In this document: piece by piece, positions 11,311 through 20,781 of the stretch
How positions within the stretch are numbered: the first letter of the stretch is position 1
How the letters are laid out: the number at the start of each line of letters is the position of its first letter
NCBI GenBank assembly: GCA_963664705.1
Contig: OY761556.1
Location: 5,408,001 to 5,472,000, forward strand
Source: Acidobacteriota bacterium
Lineage (GTDB): Bacteria; Acidobacteriota; UBA6911
DNA length: 64,000 nucleotides
Reading direction: 5' to 3'
Program-made: the position numbers and the translations under genes
Notes under the pieces: model-generated
Seen by the model: the letters and a program-made list of their open reading frames with translations, nothing else
The model's database searches: none
What the model was told of the DNA's origin: nothing

Positions 11311-11649
11311 ATGAAGCTCTCGACCAGAAAAGTTGGAGATGTAACGATTGTTGATGTTGACGGTAAAATTGTCCTGGGTGATGGAGATGTGGAAATAAAG
11401 CAGATTGTGGACAACCTCCTTGGCCGCGGCGGAAAGAAGATCCTTTTGAATATGACAAAGGTTCCTTACCTGGATAGTGCCGGTCTTGGAGAAATCATCC
11501 GTTGCTTCACCGCGCTGAGGAAGAACGGCGGAAGCTTTAAGCTTCTTGCGCCCAATCAACGCATCATCGACCTGATGACAATCACCAAGCTCCTGGATGT
11601 TTTTGATACATACGATAATGAAGCTACTGCCATCGCAAGCTTTTCCTGA
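11311..11649 (+). CDS. STAS-domain anti-sigma factor antagonist
   Basis: VPYLDSAGLG phospho-Ser motif; ATG follows GGAGG. Confidence 0.92.
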   Translation: MKLSTRKVGDVTIVDVDGKIVLGDGDVEIKQIVDNLLGRGGKKILLNMTKVPYLDSAGLGEIIRCFTALRKNGGSFKLLAPNQRIIDLMTITKLLDVFDTYDNEATAIASFS

Positions 11650-11677
11650 CAGATCCTTTGCCAGCGGAGACTGAAGA

Positions 11678-12781
11678 GTGAACATGTTTCGCCCGATTCT
11701 TGTTCTTACCCTGACTTTACTTCTGATTGGTGTGCTCGTTTCACCCGGACCGCTCTCCGCTCAGATGGAGGCAATAGGATCAGAGCACCTTCTCCTGCGT
11801 ATGCCCGCGGATAGAAGCGCGTTGGGGAGGGATTTGGCGGCGGAACTCGAACGCAGCTATCTGTTCATGAACCGGTCAACCGCAAACAGCCTGCCCCGTA
11901 AGGTGGTCATTGTTGCCAATTGGGACCAGTCCAGCAGCGCTTGCGACAGACAGGGCGCTTTTATCACTATCGGGATGCGCCAGCCCGGGGCTTCAACCGA
12001 TCCCAGAAGGTTCCTTCTGCACGAGGCTGCCCAGGAATTGGCTCGCCTGGGATTGCTGGAGCTTTCCAACGGAGCTCTACGCGAAGATACCGAATTCCTG
12101 TTTGAAGGGATGGAGGAAATCTTTGTTCGCGAATATGAGCATAGCTCGAGAGTACTCGAGGGCGCGTGGGTTATTTCGAAGTATCTTGATGAAATGAAGC
12201 AGCTTGGAATGGCAACGCAGCGGGCCTGGACAACGTTTTCTTCGGGCAAGCGATGCTTCCGCAACGCAGCACCCGGAATCACTCTGCTGACGACACTCCG
12301 AGAACTTCAGGGAAGAGATGCCCCGCTGAAGTTGTTCGAAGCCCTGAAAAAAAGCAGCCTGACCGCCAGCCTGGCCGCGGCTTTTAAAACATCCATCACC
12401 GAAGTCGAAAACACCTGGCTCAAGAAAGTCCGCGAATACCCGGTGGCGGACGAGATCACGGCTTCCGGTGAAGAGGCACCCCAGCTGCTTCAAACCGCAC
12501 TTGTACCGGGCAATGCAAAACCGGGCACCACCCTGGAACTGCAGCTGTACTTTAAGAGTCTTAAAGGCAACCTATTGCCAGAGGGCATCTTCCTCCGTGA
12601 TCAGCGCACCGGACGCGTGATTCAGCCAGCGGCGCCGGCGGACAAAATGGCGGGATATATCGCGCTTAAGCTCCCGGTGGATCCGGACTGCCCACCCGGG
12701 GACTATAAATACCAGGTGGCTGCCATCGATGAATCAGGAAATCTGCGCACCTGGACCGGCGTCTATAAGATCAGCAGCTAA
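11678..12781 (+). CDS. Secreted protein with degenerate peptidase MA (gluzincin)-like domain and beta-rich C-terminal domain
   Basis: Signal peptide (…PLSA/Q). The segment LLHEAAQELARL…FLFEGMEE resembles HELAH…WFxEG but lacks an intact HExxH. Confidence 0.6.
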   Translation: MNMFRPILVLTLTLLLIGVLVSPGPLSAQMEAIGSEHLLLRMPADRSALGRDLAAELERSYLFMNRSTANSLPRKVVIVANWDQSSSACDRQGAFITIGMRQPGASTDPRRFLLHEAAQELARLGLLELSNGALREDTEFLFEGMEEIFVREYEHSSRVLEGAWVISKYLDEMKQLGMATQRAWTTFSSGKRCFRNAAPGITLLTTLRELQGRDAPLKLFEALKKSSLTASLAAAFKTSITEVENTWLKKVREYPVADEITASGEEAPQLLQTALVPGNAKPGTTLELQLYFKSLKGNLLPEGIFLRDQRTGRVIQPAAPADKMAGYIALKLPVDPDCPPGDYKYQVAAIDESGNLRTWTGVYKISS

Positions 12782-12791
12782 GTACTCCCGA

Positions 12792-13748
12792 TTATTTCTT
12801 CTTGTTTTCGGTTACACGGGCAATCGCATCTTTGGTTGCCTTGGATGGACTGATGGCATCCGCCTTTTTGTACGCATTTAAGGCGGGATCCCACTTTTTC
12901 TGCTTCTCATACACCAGCCCCAATCGTGAATAGGCTTCCAGGCTATTGGGCATGAGTTCCGTGGTCTGTATCAGCGCCTTCTCGGCTTCAGAGTACTGCT
13001 TCTCGAAGAGATATGCCTCGGCAAGGTTGTAATAAACATAACCATCTCTCGGGTCGTAGTCCCGGGCTTTCAACAAAGCCTGGGCTGCCGGCCCATACTG
13101 CTTGGCCGACAGAGCCGCAGCGCCCTTTTTCAGATATGCTTTTCCGAGCGTATCGGTGATCGTGGTCTGCCCGGGCTTCATCGAGAGAGCCTTTTCCAGC
13201 GTCTGAATCGCTTCATCCGTTCTTCCGAGATTGAAATACGAGATTCCCAGCATTGAGAAATCCGCCCAATCCGATTGATTGACGCGAAGGGCGCTGGTCA
13301 GATCATTGGCAGCTTCGTTGAACTTGTTTTCCCGAAAATAGGCGGCGCCGCGCAGTTTGCTCAATTTGGCTTTTTCCGCCGCCGATGCAAAATCATCCCC
13401 CTGGTTCAACGCGGACACGCAATTGTCATATTTCTGCATGTTGAAATACGCCAACGCCAGTCCGTAATAGGTTGAAAAAGTGCGGGACTTCAACTGTACA
13501 GCCCGAGAGAGCGATGAAACCGCCAGCGCATTGTTTTTCAAACTCAAATAGCTGAGCCCCAGGAGTCGGTGCCCCGGCTCCCAATCCGGATTCTGGTCCA
13601 TGTCCGGTTTAAGCTCCTGGATGGCTTTATCAAAACGGCCCTGGTTGTAGTAGGCCACCGCCTGCTTGTAATCAGCCCTTGCAGGCTGGGCGAGGTACAA
13701 CGCCGCTATCGCGAGACCGAGAACAAGGATGAATGAAGATTTCTTCAT
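12792..13748 (-). CDS. Secreted tetratricopeptide repeat protein
   Basis: Signal peptide MKKSSFILVLGLAIAALYLAQPARA followed by many TPR units (e.g. LGISYFNLGRTDEAIQTLEKALSMKP). ATG 13748 follows GGGGGA. Confidence 0.9.
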   Translation of the reverse strand: MKKSSFILVLGLAIAALYLAQPARADYKQAVAYYNQGRFDKAIQELKPDMDQNPDWEPGHRLLGLSYLSLKNNALAVSSLSRAVQLKSRTFSTYYGLALAYFNMQKYDNCVSALNQGDDFASAAEKAKLSKLRGAAYFRENKFNEAANDLTSALRVNQSDWADFSMLGISYFNLGRTDEAIQTLEKALSMKPGQTTITDTLGKAYLKKGAAALSAKQYGPAAQALLKARDYDPRDGYVYYNLAEAYLFEKQYSEAEKALIQTTELMPNSLEAYSRLGLVYEKQKKWDPALNAYKKADAISPSKATKDAIARVTENKKK

Positions 13749-13776
13749 GGAATCCCCCGAAGTAGTTGTCTTACTA

Positions 13777-13805
13777 AACTTAGCGACAATGGGCAGGAAC
13801 GTCAA
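13777..13805 (-). promoter_or_regulatory. Putative sigma70 promoter for the TPR gene
   Basis: Minus strand TTGACG-N17-TAAGTT, about 30 bp upstream of ATG 13748. Confidence 0.45.
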
Positions 13806-13872
13806 GAAGACCCGCCGAATGTTTTGAAGCCCTGTGAGACCGATGACTCCTAGGACTCCTGTCTCCTTTTCC

Positions 13873-15246
13873 TTACTGCTCCTTGATCTTGAAGCGTTTG
13901 AGTTTTTCGCTCAGGGTTGTGGCATTGACGGAAAGAAGCTGTGCGGCCTTCTTCTGGTTCCATGCGGTTTTCTCAAGGGCGGCCAGTATGATCGCCTTTT
14001 CGAAATTACTAACCCGCTCCTTCAATGAGGTGCTGTCGGGAGCGAAGCGAACCGGAGTGTCCGGAAGAGGGATTGTGATGTTCTTGGGAAAAAGATCGGC
14101 GGAGATGCTGCTTCCCGAAGATAAAACGACGGCGCGCTCAATAACGTTTTCAAGTTCCCGCACGTTGCCGGGCCAGTCGTAATCCATAAGGATGCGCAAG
14201 GCAGAAGGATCCAGGTAGAGATCAGTTCGCTGGCTTTCCTCCGCATATTTTCTTATGAAATGCTCCGACAGCAGCGGAATATCCTCCGTGCGCTCGCGCA
14301 AAGGCGGAATCTTGATCACGATCACATTCAGCCTATAATAGAGATCGTCGCGAAAGGCGCCCTGGCGCACCGCTGTCTGGAGATCCACGTTGGTAGCCGC
14401 AATAATGCGGACATCAACTTTTATGTTTTCGAGGCCGCCCAGCCTGCGGAATTCCCGCTCCTGGATGACGCGCAGCAGCTTTGACTGCATTTCCATGGAG
14501 ATGGTCGCTACTTCATCCAGAAAAAGAGTGCCGCTATCCGCCGCTTCAAAGAGTCCCTTTTTAGCGTTTGTTGCGCCTGTATAGGCGCCCCGGACATGTC
14601 CGAAAAGCTCACTCTCCAGCAGATCCGAAGGTATGTTTCCACAGTTGATCGCCACAAAGGGCGCGTCCGCGCGTCCGCTCGAAGCATGAATTGCTTTCGC
14701 AACCAGTTCTTTTCCCGTACCGCTTTCACCCTGGATCAGCACCGTGCTGCGGCGCGGTGCTACCTGGGTAATCAGGTCAAAGACCTGCTGCATCGAAGAG
14801 CTTTTGCCGATGATATTTTGAAAACTGAACCGTTCGCGCAAAGATTTTTTCAGCCGCTGGTTTTCGTCAACCAGATGCCTGTGTTCCATGGCATTTTTTA
14901 CAGCCAGCAACAGCTCGTCGTTCTTGAATGGTTTGGTGATAAAATCAAATGCGCCCAGCTTGGTGGCTTTGACCGCTTTATCAATCGATGCGAATGCGGT
15001 GAGAATGACCGCCACCGGGCTGTTCTCGGCCTTTTTCATTTCCTCCAAAACCTGAAGCCCGTCCAGCCCCGGCATCATAAGGTCCAAAAGGATGACGCTG
15101 TAATCCTTGTCCCGGATCATTTCCAGCGCCTGGGTGCCGGTTTCTGCAAGGTCTACCCGATAGGATTCAGAAGACAAGAGCGTAGACAGAACGTCACGCA
15201 TAACCTCTTCGTCATCTGCAATAAGAATGCGTCCGTTTGTGCTCAT
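13873..15246 (-). CDS. Sigma54-dependent response regulator (NtrC/AtoC family)
   Basis: Receiver domain (ILIADDE, LLDLMMP, KPF), AAA+ GESGTGKE, GAYTGA (GAFTGA variant), WPGNVRELEN and a C-terminal Fis-type HTH. Confidence 0.95.
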   Translation of the reverse strand: MSTNGRILIADDEEVMRDVLSTLLSSESYRVDLAETGTQALEMIRDKDYSVILLDLMMPGLDGLQVLEEMKKAENSPVAVILTAFASIDKAVKATKLGAFDFITKPFKNDELLLAVKNAMEHRHLVDENQRLKKSLRERFSFQNIIGKSSSMQQVFDLITQVAPRRSTVLIQGESGTGKELVAKAIHASSGRADAPFVAINCGNIPSDLLESELFGHVRGAYTGATNAKKGLFEAADSGTLFLDEVATISMEMQSKLLRVIQEREFRRLGGLENIKVDVRIIAATNVDLQTAVRQGAFRDDLYYRLNVIVIKIPPLRERTEDIPLLSEHFIRKYAEESQRTDLYLDPSALRILMDYDWPGNVRELENVIERAVVLSSGSSISADLFPKNITIPLPDTPVRFAPDSTSLKERVSNFEKAIILAALEKTAWNQKKAAQLLSVNATTLSEKLKRFKIKEQ

Positions 15247-15247
15247 G

Positions 15248-18064
15248 TCAGTGAATACGAGTCGGCAGTTTGACTCTGAAATGCGTTCCTTTTCCGGCAT
15301 CGCTGTCTACAAAAATCCGGCCGCCATGCTCCTGGATAATTCCATAGGTTACGGCCAACCCAAGTCCGGTTCCCTTCCCAATATCCTTGGTCGTGTAGAA
15401 AGGATCAAAGATCTTTTTGATGTTTTGCTCCGGGATGCCCGTTCCGGTGTCGGAGATATCTACAATAACCATGGTTTCATTCATGGCCGTACATATTGTG
15501 AGCGAGCCTCCCGACGGCATGGCATCGCGGGCATTCAGGAAGAGATTGATGAAGACCTGCTGGAGTTTGCCCGCATTGCCATATACCTGCGGCAGGGCGC
15601 CGGCATAGCTTGAATCCACGGCAATATGGTTTGCCCGCAGTTGATGGTTCAACAGGGCCAGGCTGTCTTCAATCAGCTTGTTGATATCGATATCCTTGAA
15701 CTCACTCCCGTTCATCCGTGAAAAGTTCAGTAGCCCATTGACAATCTCCGCTGCGCGGAATGTCTGCTTTTCGATCTTTTCAAGTAGCGTCTTCCGCTTG
15801 TCCGATTCCGGCGTGTCTTTCAGCAGCATCTGTGTATAACTGGAAATGCCGGCAATCGGCGTATTTACCTCATGGGCGATTCCGGCCGCAAGCAATCCGA
15901 TGGAAGACAGCTTTTCCGCCTGCATCAACTGGCCTTCCAACTCGACTTTCTCCGTGATGTCATCCATCACGATGAGCGAGCCGCTATTCGCCGCCAAAGC
16001 GCCCTGAAGCGGGATGAGGCTGAGGTTGACAATCAACCGCTTTCCCAGCTTGTTCTCCATATACAATTTAAAAATATTGGCGGAGGACTGCAGCTTCCAG
16101 CCTTTGATTTCCGTGGCTCCCTGGATGGATGCAATGACATCGGGCGAAAACAACCCCTCTATCTGGGACCCGGCGATTCCGCTGCGCGTGGTCTGGAAGA
16201 GATCCTCAAATGCGCGGTTGCAGGAAGTGATTCGGCCCGATTCATCCATGGCGAGTACTGCGACATTAATGCTTTCCAGAATGTTTTCCGTATACGACTT
16301 GAGGCGTTCCAGCTCGAGAGCCTTGGTCTCTACCGAGCGATACAAATTCGCATTTTCGAGTGCCATGGCGGCATAACCGGCCAAGGCTGAGAGCAAGTCG
16401 AGATCTTCGCTGGAAAAATAGGCTCCTTTAGGCAGCTGCCCCAGGATGAGCATCCCGATATGCCTGCCGTGATGAACCAGATCCTGTACATACCGGAATC
16501 CTATCTTTTCCGCAGTTGAACTTGCATGATACAGCGAATGCGTCTTGCCGGAGGAGCCTGGAAGCGCAATCGGGCGATCCCGATCGACAAGCTCTTCCTC
16601 CCGGTACAGCCTGGATATCAACTTGGCGTTGAGCGAATAGGCATCGTAGAAGAAACCGCTATGAATCGGGTCTGACAGAAATACCGCGGAGGAGTCGACC
16701 CCGAATGTTTTGGAGATTCTCTCCACGATGCTGCGGGAAAGAGGGACCAGGCTTATTTCCGAGCTCAGCGTTCTTGCAAAATCAAGGAGCGTGGATCGAT
16801 CTTCAAACTGTTCTTTGTAAAACAGCCGGTCCAGGCGCGATTGAATGGCGTTTCTCAAGGGGGCAAACAAAAGCGCAATGACAAGGACCGCAATGCAGAT
16901 CGCCATGAAGTCGGCCTGCGGCGCCACCCACTGCAATGCCCGCCCCAGAATCAATACGAACAGAAGGTATGCGGTCAGCAGAAGAGAGCTGGATATAAAG
17001 TAAGCGGCACTTCGGCGCGCGATCGTGTCCACATCCATCAAACGGTATCGGATCAGCGCATATCCCATCGAAAGCGGTAAGAGGCCAAGAAAAAGTATGG
17101 AGGAGTCCATGGCAAACGTGGACCGCACACCCAGCAGGACCGGAATGACATAAATCAGGCAAAATGGTACGACGCCTGCCAAGGTGCCATAGCCGATCCA
17201 CTTCAACTGCTGTCGTACGACAACGTCTTTTGTCTGAATCTGCCTCTTCAGCAAAAGACCCGCTCCGGCAATAAATCCGATGCAGAAATAGACCAGCTCC
17301 AGCCGGTCGATAATGCCGAGGGATCTGGCCGTTCGCGGCAACCCCAGGGACGCCAGGTTTCCGGTAAACCACAACAATCGAAGCGCGATCAACGCCAGAA
17401 CGGGTACATAAAGCAAGAACGGACGGCTGCTGTCCGCCATCGTGTCAACCGGGAAACGCAGGCAAAAGTGCAGAAAAAGAGCCGGAAGAAGCAAAAAAGC
17501 CAGGATCAGAATTCCGTAAACCCACCAATCCAGGGGACTCAGGTTCGGCGTGTAGCTGAAAAGAAATACGACAAATGCTGCAAGACAAAGGATATAAAAG
17601 TGAAATGTCCTGGAGGATCGATCTCCTCGGAAAAGCACGAAGACGCCTATCCCGAGATAAAGAAATGCAAGAAGCGTTCGAAGACCATCTTTTGTCGTTA
17701 ACAGAACCTTCGATCCCAGCAGAAAGGCGACGGTACGAGTTCCATTCCCATTTGCGACCTCGTAGCTGATGGAAGCACCGGATTTGTTTCCATACAACAA
17801 ATCCGAATACTGTCCGAGATTCGCAATTGCAGTCCCGTTGACTGAAATCAGCCGATCTCCCGGTTTGATACCTGCGTGGCTTCCCGGACCTCCCGGTTCA
17901 ACACTCGATGCCGTTACCGTCCCATTGACTTCCGCCCAAAACACTCCATCCGATGGGTCCGTCCAGACAGTCCGATCCCGCAGATTCAGTATCCCGACCG
18001 CAACAAGAATGCTGCTCAGAAGCGCGATGGCAACGAATCTAAAAGGCACCGGAAAGGCATTCAT
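15248..18064 (-). CDS. Sensor histidine kinase: PDZ + multi-TM + GAF + PAS + HisKA + HATPase
   Basis: PDZ (VEPGGPGSHAGIKPGDRLISVNG) after one TM, then ~8 hydrophobic helices, GAF (FSSEDLDLLSALAGYAAMALENA), PAS, H-box AHEVNTP, and N/G boxes NARDAM, DTGTGI and GTGLGL. Start set at ATG 18064 because the longer ORF runs through the sigma54 promoter. Confidence 0.92.
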   Translation of the reverse strand: MNAFPVPFRFVAIALLSSILVAVGILNLRDRTVWTDPSDGVFWAEVNGTVTASSVEPGGPGSHAGIKPGDRLISVNGTAIANLGQYSDLLYGNKSGASISYEVANGNGTRTVAFLLGSKVLLTTKDGLRTLLAFLYLGIGVFVLFRGDRSSRTFHFYILCLAAFVVFLFSYTPNLSPLDWWVYGILILAFLLLPALFLHFCLRFPVDTMADSSRPFLLYVPVLALIALRLLWFTGNLASLGLPRTARSLGIIDRLELVYFCIGFIAGAGLLLKRQIQTKDVVVRQQLKWIGYGTLAGVVPFCLIYVIPVLLGVRSTFAMDSSILFLGLLPLSMGYALIRYRLMDVDTIARRSAAYFISSSLLLTAYLLFVLILGRALQWVAPQADFMAICIAVLVIALLFAPLRNAIQSRLDRLFYKEQFEDRSTLLDFARTLSSEISLVPLSRSIVERISKTFGVDSSAVFLSDPIHSGFFYDAYSLNAKLISRLYREEELVDRDRPIALPGSSGKTHSLYHASSTAEKIGFRYVQDLVHHGRHIGMLILGQLPKGAYFSSEDLDLLSALAGYAAMALENANLYRSVETKALELERLKSYTENILESINVAVLAMDESGRITSCNRAFEDLFQTTRSGIAGSQIEGLFSPDVIASIQGATEIKGWKLQSSANIFKLYMENKLGKRLIVNLSLIPLQGALAANSGSLIVMDDITEKVELEGQLMQAEKLSSIGLLAAGIAHEVNTPIAGISSYTQMLLKDTPESDKRKTLLEKIEKQTFRAAEIVNGLLNFSRMNGSEFKDIDINKLIEDSLALLNHQLRANHIAVDSSYAGALPQVYGNAGKLQQVFINLFLNARDAMPSGGSLTICTAMNETMVIVDISDTGTGIPEQNIKKIFDPFYTTKDIGKGTGLGLAVTYGIIQEHGGRIFVDSDAGKGTHFRVKLPTRIH

Positions 18065-18107
18065 TAAGCTGCTCGCATCCCTACTGGATATATACAGAGT
18101 AGAATTA

Positions 18108-18123
18108 AGCAATTTATATGCCA
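18108..18123 (-). promoter_or_regulatory. Sigma54 (-24/-12) promoter for the kinase/regulator operon
   Basis: Minus strand TGGCATATAAATTGCT: GG and GC are separated by exactly 10 nt, with TTGCT, about 45 bp upstream of ATG 18064. The upstream DNA is AT-rich. Confidence 0.75.
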
Positions 18124-18415
18124 TAGTTAACGAATAGATGATTGATCTGAATTTGTATAAACTATTGTCGCTTATTGGTTTATACGGAATCCCTCCAGCT
18201 TGGGCCGCCATAGGTCCGGGCCTCTCCAACTCCTTGAATTATGACATCCAATATTTTGGACTATCTAGATATGTCCTGCAAGGACCAAAACAAGGGCTTA
18301 GCGTGGAATAAGACATGGCATCGTTTGCAGGGCGAGAGGATTCCGGTGAATAGGCTGAGGTGGCAAGCCGGAGGTCCTGCCTGGTCCGGGACGAATGCAA
18401 AGATAGGGATCGCAA

Positions 18416-20185
18416 TTATCTGAAGCTGAGGTTGATGCCGAAACGCAGGGATCGAGGATTGCGGTTAAGGATCAGTTCGCCATCGTTTGTCTGGAGAACT
18501 TCTTTGCCCTGGTTGAGAACATTTCGCAAATCGATCAGGACTTCCCAGCGGCCGTTGATTGCCATGAAATCCGGAAGAGGAATCACCTGTCGTATTTCAA
18601 AGTTGGTTGATTTGGTTCCAATGTCCATTCGATCGGAGAACCAGTCCACCGGTGTTACAGGATTTCCGGGATACCAGCGGGTGGTTGCGAGAATGTTGGT
18701 TTTCGTACGCGGAATGGTGGCATCCACGCGGCCCGTGATCGAGTGCTGGTTTCGCTGCTGCAGATAGCCGCCGAGCTTCCCATCCAGGTTCCCCTGCAGC
18801 GCATTTCCATCTACGCCGGACAGGCTGAGAGCGTCACCATAAACATAATCAACAGAAGCTTTAAGTGCCTCGGAGATGCGCTGTTTGAGCGTCATGCGCA
18901 CGCCTCTCTGGCCGGATTGGTTTTCCTCCATTTCCACGACTTGCGATTGGCGCGTTAAGGGCCCGACAGTTGTGATCATTACGGGAAGGCCAGGGCCCTG
19001 AATCCGATCCTGATATACGGCGAGCGCAAGTGCTGTGTTCTGACCGAGATCTCTTTGAGCGGCAACCTCGGAATGTCGAATCTGGCTCATGCTGACATGG
19101 TTTCCTACCATGGTAATCAGAGTCGGTTCGGACAGGTTGAGAAGCTCTCCGTCGGGCAATTGGACCGTATTGGTGTCGCTGATTCGCCGCGAAGCGAACG
19201 AACTCTGAATACTCCATCCGCTGGCCGGGTGAACCAGGATTTGGATGGATGGGTAGAAAAAGCTCCTGGAGTTTCCATACTGGAGGTGCGAATAATCGAA
19301 GCCGTATTTTAAGGCCAGAAGATCCAGAAAATTTGTGTTCCCCTCGACGCCGACAGCCAGCGTGCGGACTGCGGATTCGCTTAGCCCCGTTTCCTGAGAG
19401 AGCATTTGCCGTGCAATGGAAGTGGAGCCCGGGTAGTTGACATTCATTTGACCGTATCCGACTGATACCTTGTAGTCATGGTCGTTGTCGGGGCGGTAAT
19501 TGTATGTATTGCGAAGTCGCCAGAAAGTGCCATGCCCGAAGTCGAGCTGGCCCGATAAAATCATCCGGCTGTGCTGGCTTAGCGGCTCGGCAATTGCAAA
19601 ATTGGAAGACATGCCGGACTGACTGGATTGAGGACGCGCCAGGTAATTTTCGCTGCCCAGTGCCGTGTTGGAAGCGATCTTCATCGCGCCGCTACGATAG
19701 AAAGAATTAGTGCTGCTCTCCGTATCCGGCAAGGATCCATCGGGGGCATTCCGGAAAATAAGACGCCGGTCCGAAGTGCTTCGCATTACCGTTTTCAAAT
19801 CCCAATTCCTGGGATCCTCATTGTTGGAAATGAAGCCGACGAAATTCTGAAGAACAATATCGAGAGAGGTTGTCCGGCCGGAATCCAAGGAGAATTTTGT
19901 GGTGGTTACCGTCTGATAGCCTTGACGCGAAACCTGCAGGTAATAAGTCCCCGGCGTAAGGCTGATGGACTTGAAAAAGCCTCGGCTGTCGGTCCGTGCA
20001 ATAGCCAGGGCCTCCCCGTTTCTAACTTCTCTGACGATTGTGATTACTGCGTCACTGAGAGGACTTCCAGAGACACTTTTGATGAGTCCCGTGATGCGTC
20101 CATTGCTCCCGGCCCGCGCCGTGACGGCCGGAAGGGAGAAAAGGAACAGTCCGAACAGTAGATATGTTCGAGAGAAGCGTTTCAT
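18416..20185 (-). CDS. Outer-membrane protein with N-terminal carboxypeptidase regulatory-like domain and probable beta-barrel
   Basis: Signal peptide; GRITGLIKSVSGSPLSDAVITI…LTPGTYYLQVSRQGY; alternating amphipathic strands; C-terminal strand RSLRFGINLSFR. Confidence 0.75.
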   Translation of the reverse strand: MKRFSRTYLLFGLFLFSLPAVTARAGSNGRITGLIKSVSGSPLSDAVITIVREVRNGEALAIARTDSRGFFKSISLTPGTYYLQVSRQGYQTVTTTKFSLDSGRTTSLDIVLQNFVGFISNNEDPRNWDLKTVMRSTSDRRLIFRNAPDGSLPDTESSTNSFYRSGAMKIASNTALGSENYLARPQSSQSGMSSNFAIAEPLSQHSRMILSGQLDFGHGTFWRLRNTYNYRPDNDHDYKVSVGYGQMNVNYPGSTSIARQMLSQETGLSESAVRTLAVGVEGNTNFLDLLALKYGFDYSHLQYGNSRSFFYPSIQILVHPASGWSIQSSFASRRISDTNTVQLPDGELLNLSEPTLITMVGNHVSMSQIRHSEVAAQRDLGQNTALALAVYQDRIQGPGLPVMITTVGPLTRQSQVVEMEENQSGQRGVRMTLKQRISEALKASVDYVYGDALSLSGVDGNALQGNLDGKLGGYLQQRNQHSITGRVDATIPRTKTNILATTRWYPGNPVTPVDWFSDRMDIGTKSTNFEIRQVIPLPDFMAINGRWEVLIDLRNVLNQGKEVLQTNDGELILNRNPRSLRFGINLSFR

Positions 20186-20239
20186 GCTGCTACGTCCTCA
20201 GCACAATAAATGCCCATTGGAGGCACCCGACGTGACAGA

Positions 20240-20268
20240 ACCTTACCACAGCCTACAATGGCTGTCAA
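20240..20268 (-). promoter_or_regulatory. Putative sigma70 promoter for the outer-membrane protein
   Basis: Minus strand TTGACA-N17-TAAGGT with an extended TG. Confidence 0.55.
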
Positions 20269-20304
20269 TCAGGGCAGGTCTACGTCCACGCTATGGTTAT
20301 GGCC

Positions 20305-20781
20305 TTACGAACCGGTTTTTTGACCGGCCACCTCTTGAGACAGCATATCCGCCGAGAGGATAGAAATCTGAAACTTGGTTGCGGCCGCAGGGACCTCTTC
20401 AACGCGGATGCCGGGAGCTGCATAGGTTTGTCCCGGCAAAATTTTTGCGCTTCCCAGGGGGTGAGTTCTTGTGAATAGCACTTTCCCGGATGAATCCAGA
20501 TAGACAAACGCGAGGTGGATTCCGCCGTACGGAACGGTTCCTGTGTTTCGGATCTGAATTTCATGCAAGGCCGTGTGGGCACCTTCACGCTGCATTGTGG
20601 AGCTTTCAATCCGCAGATCGTCTGGTTGCAGCACCCTTATGGGAGATGCCTGCGACTGTTCAATGACTTCCATCGATATTTCAGCCTGCTGCTTTTCCAG
20701 TCGCCTCCCGCGAATGATCAAGCTCACAAGCGCAGCCACGAGCACCAGTGTAAGTCCCCAAAACAGAGATTTTCTGATCAT
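20305..20781 (-). CDS. Membrane-anchored protein with FxLYD-like Ig-fold domain
   Basis: N-terminal TM (FWGLTLVLVAALVSLII) and IRNTGTVPY…FVYLDSSGKVL. The start overlaps the upstream stop (ATGA). Confidence 0.65.
   Translation of the reverse strand: MIRKSLFWGLTLVLVAALVSLIIRGRRLEKQQAEISMEVIEQSQASPIRVLQPDDLRIESSTMQREGAHTALHEIQIRNTGTVPYGGIHLAFVYLDSSGKVLFTRTHPLGSAKILPGQTYAAPGIRVEEVPAAATKFQISILSADMLSQEVAGQKTGS

Noticed and set aside
18065-18229. 55-aa N-terminal extension of the sensor kinase
   Set aside because: It runs through an AT-rich region containing the sigma54 promoter; the signal/TM segment begins right after ATG 18064.
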